Below, piece by piece: positions 1 through 8,132 of a stretch of 64,000 bases of DNA. The position numbers and the translations under genes are program-made. How positions within the stretch are numbered: position 1 is the first letter of the stretch; each line of letters starts with the position of its first letter. The stretch comes from an uncultured Actinomycetota bacterium. GTDB lineage: Bacteria; Actinomycetota; Actinomycetes; Prado026. Under the pieces are notes generated by a model. The model did not search any database and had not been told where the DNA came from. It was given only the letters and a program-made list of their open reading frames with translations. Where the stretch lies: NCBI GenBank assembly GCA_963819215.1, contig CAWFVK010000001.1, positions 181,229 to 245,228 of the forward strand, given 5' to 3'.

Positions 1-853
1 GGTCCGAGGGGAGGTCCCAGACGGGCACGAGCAGGCCGTGCGCGCGGAACGTGCCGATGAAGCGAGTGCCATCGCCGAGGGACAAGGTGCCGGCGACGTG
101 CATGCGGGCGAGGGCGTCGAGCAGGGGCTCCTCGTCCTCCGGGAGCACCCAGCGCAGCGTCGCGCGCTCGTTCATGCCCGCCCAGTACGCCGCCTCCACC
201 GACACCAGCCGGACGGTCGGCACGACCGTGGCGTTCGCGCGCTCCATCGACTCGGCGACCTCGGGGTCGGACTGGTCGGCCTCCTCCACGCCGTCGATCC
301 AGTAGTCGAAGCCGTCGTGGACCACGACAACGAGCGGCGCGGAGGTGTCCAGGACGTCCTGCAGCCTCGGACCGCCTGCGGCGATCTGGGCGGCGCCGAT
401 CAACGTGCCCTTCGGGGAGTCGAGCGCGGCGACCAGCGCCGACCCGAGGTCGCGGCTGATGTCGGAGGACGAGCCCTGCACCTGCAGGCCCAGGAAGGTC
501 GAGCCGTCCAGGCGGACCATCGCGGGCCAGGCCATGGGGAGCACCGTCGACAGGGTCGCCGTGCGGCCCGCGTAGTCGCCCGTCAGCACCAGCTCCGCCG
601 TCGCCGCGGGCACGATCTCGCGGAGCGCGACCCAGTCAGCCTCACCCGGCAGCCCCGCGAACGGCCGCAGCACGACGGCGTCAGCCGCGCGGGCCGCCGC
701 CTTGCCGTGGCAGCCCTTGTAGCGCCGACCCGATCCGCAGGGACATGGTTCGCGCGGACCTACCTCGGGCACGACCGTGTGAGGGTCCTTGATCGGGTTG
801 GCCGCGCCCTGCTTCGCGACGGCTCTCCTGGCGGCAACGCTCTTCGCACCCAT
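1..853 (-). CDS. SEC-C motif / DUF5926-family protein (C-terminus lies outside the window)
   Basis: Manual minus-strand translation from the ATG at 853 gives MGAKSVAARRAVAKQGAANPIKDPHTVVPEVGPREPCPCGSGRRYKGCHGK. The CPCGSGRRYKGCHG stretch is a SEC-C metal-binding motif. Downstream of it the sequence reads like a conserved actinobacterial protein (WIDGVEEADQSDPEV...MHVAGTLSLGDGTRFIGTFRAHGLLVPVWDL). The reading frame runs off the window at position 1. Confidence 0.55.
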   Translation of the reverse strand, partial: MGAKSVAARRAVAKQGAANPIKDPHTVVPEVGPREPCPCGSGRRYKGCHGKAAARAADAVVLRPFAGLPGEADWVALREIVPAATAELVLTGDYAGRTATLSTVLPMAWPAMVRLDGSTFLGLQVQGSSSDISRDLGSALVAALDSPKGTLIGAAQIAAGGPRLQDVLDTSAPLVVVVHDGFDYWIDGVEEADQSDPEVAESMERANATVVPTVRLVSVEAAYWAGMNERATLRWVLPEDEEPLLDALARMHVAGTLSLGDGTRFIGTFRAHGLLVPVWDLPSD

Positions 854-889
854 GCGGCGGGACACTACCTCGCGGGTCTGGCGGACCGC

Positions 890-1372
890 TCAGCCGCGCT
901 CGGTCGGACGCGGCACGACCGCCCACACGAGCTGGTACTCCGAGCCGGCGCCCTCGACTCCCCAGGTGCCGGTCAGCGCGTCGACGATGCCCAGGCCTCG
1001 ACCCGACAGGGCGGCGAACGGCGGGCGCTCGGCACGCGGCCTGGTCTGCGCGCCACCGTCCGCGACGGCTACCTCGATCTCCTCGAGGGTGGTGCGCCAC
1101 AGCACCCGCACGGTGTCGCCTGGCAGCGCCCTGGCGTGCCGGATGGAGTTGCCGAGGAGCTCGGAGACCACGAGGAGGACATCGGTGCGTTCCGGATCCA
1201 CGACTCCGGCGGCTGCGAGATCGGCAGCGATGATGGCCCTGGCCTGCGGCACGCTCGTCAGCGCGAACGGCAGCTCGACGGATCGGCTGGTCGTTCGCGT
1301 CGACGCGTGGTGCAGCAAGGACACAGTCTTCTCCGCGGCAGACGGTTGGTGCTTGCCAGTTGTTTTTCCCAT
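890..1372 (-). CDS. ATP-binding protein, anti-sigma regulatory factor (RsbW/SpoIIAB-like HATPase_c)
   Basis: The 160-aa ORF carries the VVSELLGNSIRHA and GRGLGIVDALTGTWGV motifs typical of GHKL-type anti-sigma kinases. Its start overlaps the stop of the upstream phosphodiesterase gene (ATGA at 1372). Confidence 0.6.
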   Translation of the reverse strand: MGKTTGKHQPSAAEKTVSLLHHASTRTTSRSVELPFALTSVPQARAIIAADLAAAGVVDPERTDVLLVVSELLGNSIRHARALPGDTVRVLWRTTLEEIEVAVADGGAQTRPRAERPPFAALSGRGLGIVDALTGTWGVEGAGSEYQLVWAVVPRPTERG

Positions 1373-2229
1373 CAGGCCTCGGCCCGAAACCGTTCCGGCT
1401 GCTCTGATCCCTCCCGGCCGACCCGGGCCAGTACTTCGGCGGGTCGGTTGGTGATGATCGCGTCGACGCCGAGCTCGAGCGCCAGGTCGACGTCGGCGGG
1501 GTCGTCGACGGTCCAGACGTGCACCGCGCCGCCCTTGTCATGCACCCGCTGGACGTACGTGGGGTGCGAGCGCAGGATCGCGATGTCGGGGCCGACGATG
1601 CGCGCGTGCGCCGGCAGGCTGCCGTCGCGCAGCCGGAGCGGGACACGTTCCATGAGGTACACGGTCGTCAGGCTCGGCGCGAGCTCTCGCATCCGGCGCA
1701 ACGACATCCCCGAGAAGCTCATCACCCGCACGGGGACCTGGCTCCCCAGCCGAGGATGCGCCCAGCCGAACCGGTCCAGGGTCTCGACGAGCCGGCGCTC
1801 GACCAGCCCGGCGTACCGCGTCGGGTGCTTCGTCTCGATGGCGAGCTCCATCGGGCGGCCGCAGTCCTTCACGTACGCGAGCAGCCGCTCCAGCGTGAGC
1901 ACCGAGGTCGCGTCGACATCGAGCAGGTCTGGCATCTCGCTGGCGCCGTGACCGGCCCCGCCGTCGCCGTTGCTGCCGCTCCCGCCGTTCCGCCAGGAAC
2001 CGAAGTCCAGGGCAGCGAGGTCTGCGAGCTCGAGGGTCGAGACGGCGCCGCGACCGTCGGACGTGCGGTCGACCCGGCGGTCGTGCACGCACACCAGCAC
2101 ACCGTCGGCGGTGAGCCGGACGTCGCACTCCAGGGCGTCCGCTCCGACGGCGACCGCACGGCGGTAGGCAGCGAGCGTGTGCTCGGCGACATCGAGGGAA
2201 GCGCCACGGTGGGCGACGACGTGGACCAC
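1372..2229 (-). CDS. glycerophosphodiester phosphodiesterase (GDPD family)
   Basis: The N-terminus reads VVAHRGAS...AYRRAVAVGADALECDVRLTADGVLVCVHDRRVD, a GDPD active-site region. The annotated ORF extends to 2475, but the likely start is the GTG near 2229 immediately before HRGAS. Confidence 0.7.
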   Translation of the reverse strand: MVHVVAHRGASLDVAEHTLAAYRRAVAVGADALECDVRLTADGVLVCVHDRRVDRTSDGRGAVSTLELADLAALDFGSWRNGGSGSNGDGGAGHGASEMPDLLDVDATSVLTLERLLAYVKDCGRPMELAIETKHPTRYAGLVERRLVETLDRFGWAHPRLGSQVPVRVMSFSGMSLRRMRELAPSLTTVYLMERVPLRLRDGSLPAHARIVGPDIAILRSHPTYVQRVHDKGGAVHVWTVDDPADVDLALELGVDAIITNRPAEVLARVGREGSEQPERFRAEA

Positions 2230-2236
2230 AGTTCCC

Positions 2237-2260
2237 AAGCCTGTCAGGTCTGACAGGCTT
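2237..2260. promoter_or_regulatory. perfect 24-bp palindrome AAGCCTGTCAG-GT-CTGACAGGCTT in the divergent GDPD/ybjQ intergenic region; candidate operator
   Basis: Read directly from the sequence: 11-bp arms with a 2-bp spacer. It lies between the start of the minus-strand phosphodiesterase gene and the start of the plus-strand YbjQ gene. Confidence 0.45.
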
Positions 2261-2304
2261 ACGGGGCGCGCGGCACGACGCCGAGCCGAACGGAGGACCA
2301 ACAA

Positions 2305-2634
2305 ATGGCTGTCCTGATCTCCACGATGAACGACGTCCCCGGCTGGCGCGTCGAGCGCGTGCTCGGCGAGATCACCGGGTTGACGGTGCGTTCCCGGCAC
2401 GTCGGCACCCAGATCGGGGCGAGCTTCAAGGCCCTGGTCGGCGGCGAGCTCAAGGGCCTGACCAAGCAGCTCCAAGAATCCAGGGTCGAGGCACTGGAGC
2501 GTCTGACGGAGCAGGCGGAGATGCGGGGAGCCAACGCCGTGCTGGCCATGCGGTTCGACTCCAACGAGGTCGGTCAGGGCTACCAGGAGCTCGTGGCGTA
2601 CGGGACGGCGGTCATCGTGGTGGCGGCGACCTAG
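2305..2634 (+). CDS. YbjQ/UPF0145-family heavy-metal-binding domain protein
   Basis: The 109-aa protein starts MAVLISTMNDVPGW and ends GYQELVAYGTAVIVV, which is the canonical YbjQ fold sequence. Confidence 0.8.
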   Translation: MAVLISTMNDVPGWRVERVLGEITGLTVRSRHVGTQIGASFKALVGGELKGLTKQLQESRVEALERLTEQAEMRGANAVLAMRFDSNEVGQGYQELVAYGTAVIVVAAT

Positions 2635-3579
2635 CAGTCAGCGCGGCAGTCAGCGCGGCGGGCAGCGCGGGCGGCAGGCAGCGCGCTCGCCGGCTGCCTC
2701 CGCGTGCCGGCTACTTCAGCAGGCGTGGACATCCGACGGTCGGCGAGCGGCTTGCCGCCGGTCTGACAGGTCGGGCAGTACTGCAGCGAGGAATCCGCGA
2801 AGGACACCTCGCGCACGGTGTCCCCGCACACGGGGCATGGCAGCCCGGTGCGGCCGTGGACGCGCAGGCCCGACTTCTTCTCCGCCTTCAGCTCACCCGC
2901 CGCCAGACCCTCCGACCGCTTCACGGCATCGGCGAGGGTGTCGCGGATCGCGGCGTACAGCGTGTCGAGCTCGGCTGGGGTCAGTGAGCTGGCGGGCTTG
3001 AACGGAGACATCTTCGCGACGTGCAGGATCTCGTCGGAGTAGGCGTTCCCGATGCCCGCGAGGATCGACTGGTCGCGCAGCACGCCCTTCAGCTGGGCCC
3101 GTCCGTGCTCGGCGAGGATGGCTTCGAGGACGTCCTCGGTGAACGAGTCCGCGAGGACGTCCGGCCCCAGCCTCGCGATGCCCGGCACCTGCAGCGGGTC
3201 GCGCACCAGGTAGACGCTCGAGCTTCTTGCGGGTGCCGGCCTCGGTCAGGTCGAAACCACTGCCGTCGTCGAGGTGAACACGCAGCGCGAGCGGGCTCTT
3301 GCCGTTGGGTTTTGGCGGCGCCGTCGGCAGGCTCGCCCGCCAGTGCAGCCAGCCGGCACGGGCGAGGTGGACGACCAGATGCAGGCCGTCGACGTCGATG
3401 TCGAGGAACTTGCCGTGCCTGCTCGCGCCGGTGATGGCCAGGCCCTGCAGCGAGGACAGCGGCGGGTCGTACGTCTTGAGCACGGCGATGGAGGCGACGT
3501 CGACGCGCGCGACGACCCGGCCGACGGCACGCTCGCGCAGGAACGACGCGAGGGACTCGACCTCGGGCAGCTCGGGCAC
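2631..3579 (-). CDS. Fpg/Nei-family DNA glycosylase/AP lyase (frame break near 3210)
   Basis: The N-terminus reads V-PELPEVESLASFLRERAVGRVV...RHGKFLDID, preceded by AGGAG and a GTG at 3579. The C-terminal half sits in a second frame with the H2TH domain and the zinc finger CPVCGDTVREV...CPTCQ. The two halves join across a single-base frame change. Confidence 0.7.
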
Positions 3580-3645
3580 GCTCCTAGTCTGCCCCTTGCG
3601 GGCCCGGGCTTCCCTGAACAGCGGCTGTGGGGCACGATTCGACTC

Positions 3646-3876
3646 ATGGGTGAGCTGCTGCGACTTCCGACGCCAGCGCTCCCCACCCATGGCGAGGTCT
3701 TCAGTGATCCACGGGGCGGTGAGCGCGCCATGAGGGTGAACTGGCACCCGGAGGGCGCCGTCGTCGTCCTCAGCCTCTGGCAGGGCGCGGAGTGCACGGG
3801 GTCGTTCCGGCTCCCGGTGACCGATCTTCCCGACTTCCTGCGCGCGATCACCGACGGGCCGCTCAGCGAGCGCTGA
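3646..3876 (+). CDS. hypothetical small protein
   Basis: The ATG at 3646 gives MGELLRLPTPA...VNWHPEGAVVVLSLWQGAECTGSFRLPVTDLPDFLRAITDGPLSER. It is divergent from fpg and upstream of the MCP-like gene. I do not recognise a domain in it. Confidence 0.3.
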   Translation: MGELLRLPTPALPTHGEVFSDPRGGERAMRVNWHPEGAVVVLSLWQGAECTGSFRLPVTDLPDFLRAITDGPLSER

Positions 3877-3970
3877 CCGCGTCACTCGTTTGGCCTAAAG
3901 GGCCGACCAAGATCGTCCGATGCACCCCTCAGGCAGGACCAGGGCCAGTCACGGCCGTAGAGGGGGCAGG

Positions 3971-5530
3971 GTGGACGTGTCACGTCGGCTGTCGCTGACG
4001 GCTGGGATCACCGCGATCGTGGTGGCCGCCTACAACCCTGTCGCGCAGGTACTGATCAACGACACCGACCCCACCACGAAGCCGCCGGGCCTGCTGCTGA
4101 CCGTCGTGCTCACCCTCGTCACGATGCTCGGGGGCGTCTGGTACATCGTGCGGCCGAGCCTCGAACCGCGCCTGCCGTTCCTCGAGCGGCACGCCATCGC
4201 CGTCGACTTCGCCACCCTGGTCGGGTTCCTCATCCTCATCACCGTGCAGGTCGCGCACACCGGCGGCGTGACCCACGCGATGTTCCTCTACTACGCCTTC
4301 GTGATCATCTTCGCCGCGAGCTACCTGCCCATCGGCTTCACCCCGGTGTTCGGCATGCTCGCCAGCCTGAGCGCCGTGATCGGCACCGCACTGGCTGACA
4401 AGCTCGACCATGCCACCCTCGGCGACCTGATCGTGGTGTGCCTCGGACTGCCCCTGCTCTCAGTCTTCGCCGCGACCCTCGCGGCCTCGGTGCGCTCGCT
4501 GCAGATCGAGACCGAGGAGAGCCGGCGGATGCTGGCGGAGAACGTCATCGGCCTCACGAGCACGCTGGCCCAGGTGGCGGAGGGCGACCTTCGTCCCGGC
4601 GTGGTCCCGCAGGGCGACGACTCGAACGGTCCGGCCGCGGCGCTGTGGTTCTCGCTCGAGTCCACCGTGGACTCGGTCCGGCACGTCGTCGCGGACGTCC
4701 AGGAGAGCGGACGGCAGCTCGCGGCCGCTGCGACCGAGCTGAGCGAGACCTCGTCCCAGTCGGCGGCAGGCACCGCCCAGCAGGCCGAGGCCCTCGCCGA
4801 GACCACGACCAGCATCTCCGAGCTGACCGCCACCGCCAGCCGCATCGCCGACACCGCCGAGGCCGTCGCGCACGCCGCCGCCGACGTCTCCCGGGTGAGC
4901 TCCGAAGGCCGGGCGGTGGTGAACCTCGCCGTCGACTCGATCAACGAGCTGGCCGGCCGGGTCGCCACGATCGCCGACGAGGCCGTCAACCTCGAGTCCG
5001 CGACGAACGAGATCGACCGCATCCTCGCCGTCATCGACACCCTCGCCGACCAGACCAACCTGCTCGCCCTCAACGCGGCGATCGAGGCCGCCCGCGCGGG
5101 TGAGCACGGCCGCGGGTTCGCCGTCGTCGCCGCCGAGGTCCGCAAGCTCGCCGAGCGCGCGCAGGAGTCGACCGGGCAGATCCAGGCCATCATCGTGGGC
5201 GTCCGCGCGGCGACCAGGAACGCGGTGCTCGCCTCCGCTGAGGGCGCCAAGGCAGCGACCCGCGGCACCGAGCTCGCCGCGCAGGTGGAGGAGCGGCTCG
5301 ACCGGATCGCGGACACCGCCGATCGTTCGGCCTACGCCGCTGCGGAGATCCAGTCCGCCACCCGGCAGCAGACCAGCGCCTCGGACCAGGTCCTGGCCGC
5401 GATGAGCCAGGTCTCGTCCGTGTCGGAGCAGCAGGCCAGGGGCGCGCAGTCCTCAGCGCGCGCCATCGCCGAGCTCGACGGCCTGGCGACCAGGCTGCGC
5501 GACTCCATCGCGGCCTTCAGCGTCACCTGA
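3971..5530 (+). CDS. methyl-accepting chemotaxis protein-like transducer (multi-TM N-terminus plus MCP signalling domain)
   Basis: The highly conserved MCP signalling-domain core [41 protein letters not shown] is present. The N-terminal 200 aa are hydrophobic, with at least four predicted transmembrane segments. A GAGGGGG ribosome-binding site precedes the GTG at 3971; the annotated ORF begins at 3920. Confidence 0.75.
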   Translation: MDVSRRLSLTAGITAIVVAAYNPVAQVLINDTDPTTKPPGLLLTVVLTLVTMLGGVWYIVRPSLEPRLPFLERHAIAVDFATLVGFLILITVQVAHTGGVTHAMFLYYAFVIIFAASYLPIGFTPVFGMLASLSAVIGTALADKLDHATLGDLIVVCLGLPLLSVFAATLAASVRSLQIETEESRRMLAENVIGLTSTLAQVAEGDLRPGVVPQGDDSNGPAAALWFSLESTVDSVRHVVADVQESGRQLAAAATELSETSSQSAAGTAQQAEALAETTTSISELTATASRIADTAEAVAHAAADVSRVSSEGRAVVNLAVDSINELAGRVATIADEAVNLESATNEIDRILAVIDTLADQTNLLALNAAIEAARAGEHGRGFAVVAAEVRKLAERAQESTGQIQAIIVGVRAATRNAVLASAEGAKAATRGTELAAQVEERLDRIADTADRSAYAAAEIQSATRQQTSASDQVLAAMSQVSSVSEQQARGAQSSARAIAELDGLATRLRDSIAAFSVT

Positions 5531-5684
5531 CCTCAGCACCGCCTGTCCACACCCTCCCTTCTCCACATCCCTGCACGGTCCCCAGCGCTGCCGACTCCCT
5601 GCCGCGCGACGATCACCTGTGAGAGCGTGACCTGGTCCGCCACACCCGCCGGGTCACGCCCGGCCACGACTAAGGAGCAGTGCG

Positions 5685-6206
5685 ATGGCAGAGCGGAACG
5701 TCACCCTCGTGGTGGCTGCCTACGGCTCGGACACGTCCGCCGCGGCCCAGGACTTCGACACCCTCAAGAACCTCGGTGACGTGATGGTCATCGGTGCTGT
5801 CGTGCTGCAGCGCGACGCCGACGGCACGGTCGAGGTGAAGGAGCACGGCGGCGGCCTGGTCGGCGGCGGAACCACGGCCGGAGCGGTCGGCGGGCTCGTG
5901 GTCGGACTGTTCGCGCCGCCGCTGTTCCTGGCGACCGTCGTGGGCGCCGGGATCGGCGCCGGTGTCGGCAAGCTCATGAAGCGGCACGAGGAGAAGGCCA
6001 TCGGCGTCCAGGCCGAGGACTGGCTGCCGCCGGGCTCCTCCGCGATCGTGGCCGTCGTCGACGACCTCTACCTCGACCGCGTCGACGCCGCGGTGGCGAA
6101 GGCGAACAAGAAGCTGGACAAGGCGATCGACAAGGACGACTACGACGCCGTGGTGAAGGCGCTCGACGAGGGCGGCGAGAAGATCGTCGACGCGATCAAC
6201 TCCTGA
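5685..6206 (+). CDS. DUF1269-family membrane protein
   Basis: A TAAGGAG ribosome-binding site precedes the start. The 173-aa protein has a glycine-zipper region GGGLVGGGTTAGAVGGLVVGLFAPPLFLATVVGAGIGAGVG. Confidence 0.65.
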   Translation: MAERNVTLVVAAYGSDTSAAAQDFDTLKNLGDVMVIGAVVLQRDADGTVEVKEHGGGLVGGGTTAGAVGGLVVGLFAPPLFLATVVGAGIGAGVGKLMKRHEEKAIGVQAEDWLPPGSSAIVAVVDDLYLDRVDAAVAKANKKLDKAIDKDDYDAVVKALDEGGEKIVDAINS

Positions 6207-6262
6207 GCCCAGCCGCCGGCCCAGTGCCAGCTGCCCGCTGAGGGCCAGCCGAATCGAGCGGG

Positions 6263-7144
6263 TCAGGCGAGTCGTTCCACCTCGACGCTCACGCCGAGGT
6301 GGGACGACGACGCCCCGCGGTACACACCCTTGAGCGGCGGGACGTCGGCGTAGTCGCGGCCGCGGCCGACGATCACGTGCCGTCACCCGGCCGGCACACC
6401 GTTGGTCGGGTCGTAGCCCCGCCACCCGCCGGTCCACCACTCGACCCAGGCGTGGCACTGACCCGCGACTCGCGTGCCGACATCGGCGTCCGCGGTCGGG
6501 TGGAGGTAGCCGGAGACGTACGGCGCCGGCAGCCCGAGTGCGGCGCAGCACGCCGATGGTCAGGTGGGCGAGGTCCTGGCAGACGCCCTGCCCGCTGCGC
6601 CCAGGCCTCCTGCGCGCCGGTCTGCACCTCGGTGGTGCCCGGGGACGTAGGTCGACGTCGTCGCGGACCCGCTCGGCGACCGGCAGGGCCGCGGCGTGCG
6701 GGTCGAGCGCGCGCGCCCGAGCTCGAACGCGGCCTCGAGCGGTCGGCGTCCACGGCGGTCAGCCGGGTGGGGGCGAGACCTCGAGGAACGCGTCGGTGCC
6801 GCTCGACGCTCGATCATCGCCCAGGACACGGCGACCGTCGACCGGGCGGCGCGGTCATGGTCTCGACGACGCAGCTCGACGGTCACCTCGAGCAGCTGCG
6901 TGCTCCTCGTGCAGGTCGAACGCGGTGACCGGCGTGCCCCAGTAGTCGACGTAGCGGTCACGTCGCTGGGTCGCGGGCGTGATCTCGAGCCGGATCAGCG
7001 TCGGTCGGCCCGCCGCGCGTCGTGATCGGCGTCAGCCGGGCCTCGTTGTACGACGTCGCGCGACCGGGCCCGCGTACTCGAAGCTGGGTGTCGTGCCGGA
7101 TCCGCAGCCGCCAGCCCTGGTCGCGACGCCGCGCCCTGGCTCAT
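6263..7144 (-). CDS. transglutaminase-like cysteine protease (Bact_transglu_N plus transglutaminase core); several frame breaks and one in-frame TGA
   Basis: Manual translation shows RLRIRHDTQL.YAGPV..SYNEARLTPITT...YVDYWGTPVTAFDLHE in the N-terminal domain. The C-terminal part reads ALGLPARYVSGYLHPTADADVGTRVAGQCHAWVEWWTGGWRGYDPTNGVPAG(*)HVIVGRGRDYADVPPLKGVYRGASSSHLGVSVEVERLA. It is the third gene of the Tgl-type cluster. Confidence 0.6.
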
Positions 7145-8132
7145 CGACGAGTCTGCTGATCGAGGTCACTCAGACTCCTCGTGCGATCCACGCCACGGTC
7201 GCTGCCGTGCTGGAAGAACCGCGCCGCACGCGGCCGACGCTCGAGCTGCGCCGCCGGGATCCTGCATCGAGCGCGCAGACCGGGCAGCTCGGCGAGCAGC
7301 TCGGCCGAGTCGACGTACTCCAGCCGGGTCCGAGCCTGCCCGACGAGCGCCGCGCGGGTCGCCGACCCGGCCCGCGCGTGGCGACTCGTGCCGGCTCGCA
7401 GACGTCGAGCAGGCAGCGTCCTCGGCGTCGATCGAGCGCGGCGAACGACCGAGCGCGGGAACAGCCGGTCGAGCAGCAGGAACTCGGCGACGCGGTCTGC
7501 GGCGTCGACGTGCGCCCCGGAAGGTGCGCAGGTACGCGCCCGTCGGCGCCGCAGGCGCGCAGCAGCGTGGTCCAGGTCGGCGCGTGCGTCGGCAGCGAGC
7601 GGCGCTGGACGCGAGCAGCCGCGCGGTCATGTCGACGCGTTCGAGGCTGCGCCCGAGCACGAGGAAGCGCCAGCCGTCGTCGTGGCTCATCGTCGACTCG
7701 GCGAGCCCGGTCAGCCGCGCGGCCCGCTCGCGGACGTAGCCGAGGAAGGCGTGCGGACCGAGCCGTGTCGCGGCGCGGCGCTGCTGCGGCAGCGCGTTCC
7801 ACGTGGTGTTCAGCGCCTCCCACAGCTCGGAGGAGATGGTCTCGCGAGCGCCGCGGGCGTTCTCGCGGGCGGCGTCCAGCGCCCCGGCGATCGAGGTCGG
7901 GGTTCTCGTGTCGAAGGCGAGGACGTCGAGGACGGTCGACGTCGCCCAGCATCACCGCGTCGGCTCCTTGACGCCGAGGATGCCCGAGCAGCGACCGGCA
8001 GGCGCCGATCTCGTCGGCCCAGGGGTCCTCGAGGATGCGGTGGACGTAGGCGTCGAGGATGCGGGCGGTGTCGTCGGCGCGCTCGACGTAGCGCCCGATC
8101 CAGAACAGCGACTCCGCGATCCGGCTCAGCAT
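7141..8132 (-). CDS. alpha-E domain (DUF403) protein, frame breaks
   Basis: The ATG at 8132 gives [38 protein letters not shown]. The later segment [23 protein letters not shown] sits in another frame. Its stop overlaps the start of the transglutaminase gene. Confidence 0.55.

Noticed and set aside
38-1951. 637-aa plus-strand ORF spanning the first 2 kb
   Set aside because: It is the antisense of three well-supported minus-strand genes (SEC-C/DUF5926, RsbW-like ATPase, GDPD). Its translation is Arg/Gly/Ala-rich with no recognisable domain. This is the typical spurious long ORF seen in about 70% GC DNA.
2631-3579. Calling fpg a pseudogene, and likewise the other frameshifted genes
   Set aside because: Frame breaks occur at a similar density in indispensable genes (gyrA, gyrB, rpmH, pknB), so they cannot be used as evidence of gene decay.
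5670-6551. 293-aa minus-strand ORF overlapping DUF1269 and the transglutaminase gene
   Set aside because: It is antisense to DUF1269, and out of frame with the transglutaminase. Its composition is Arg/Gly-rich and low-complexity.
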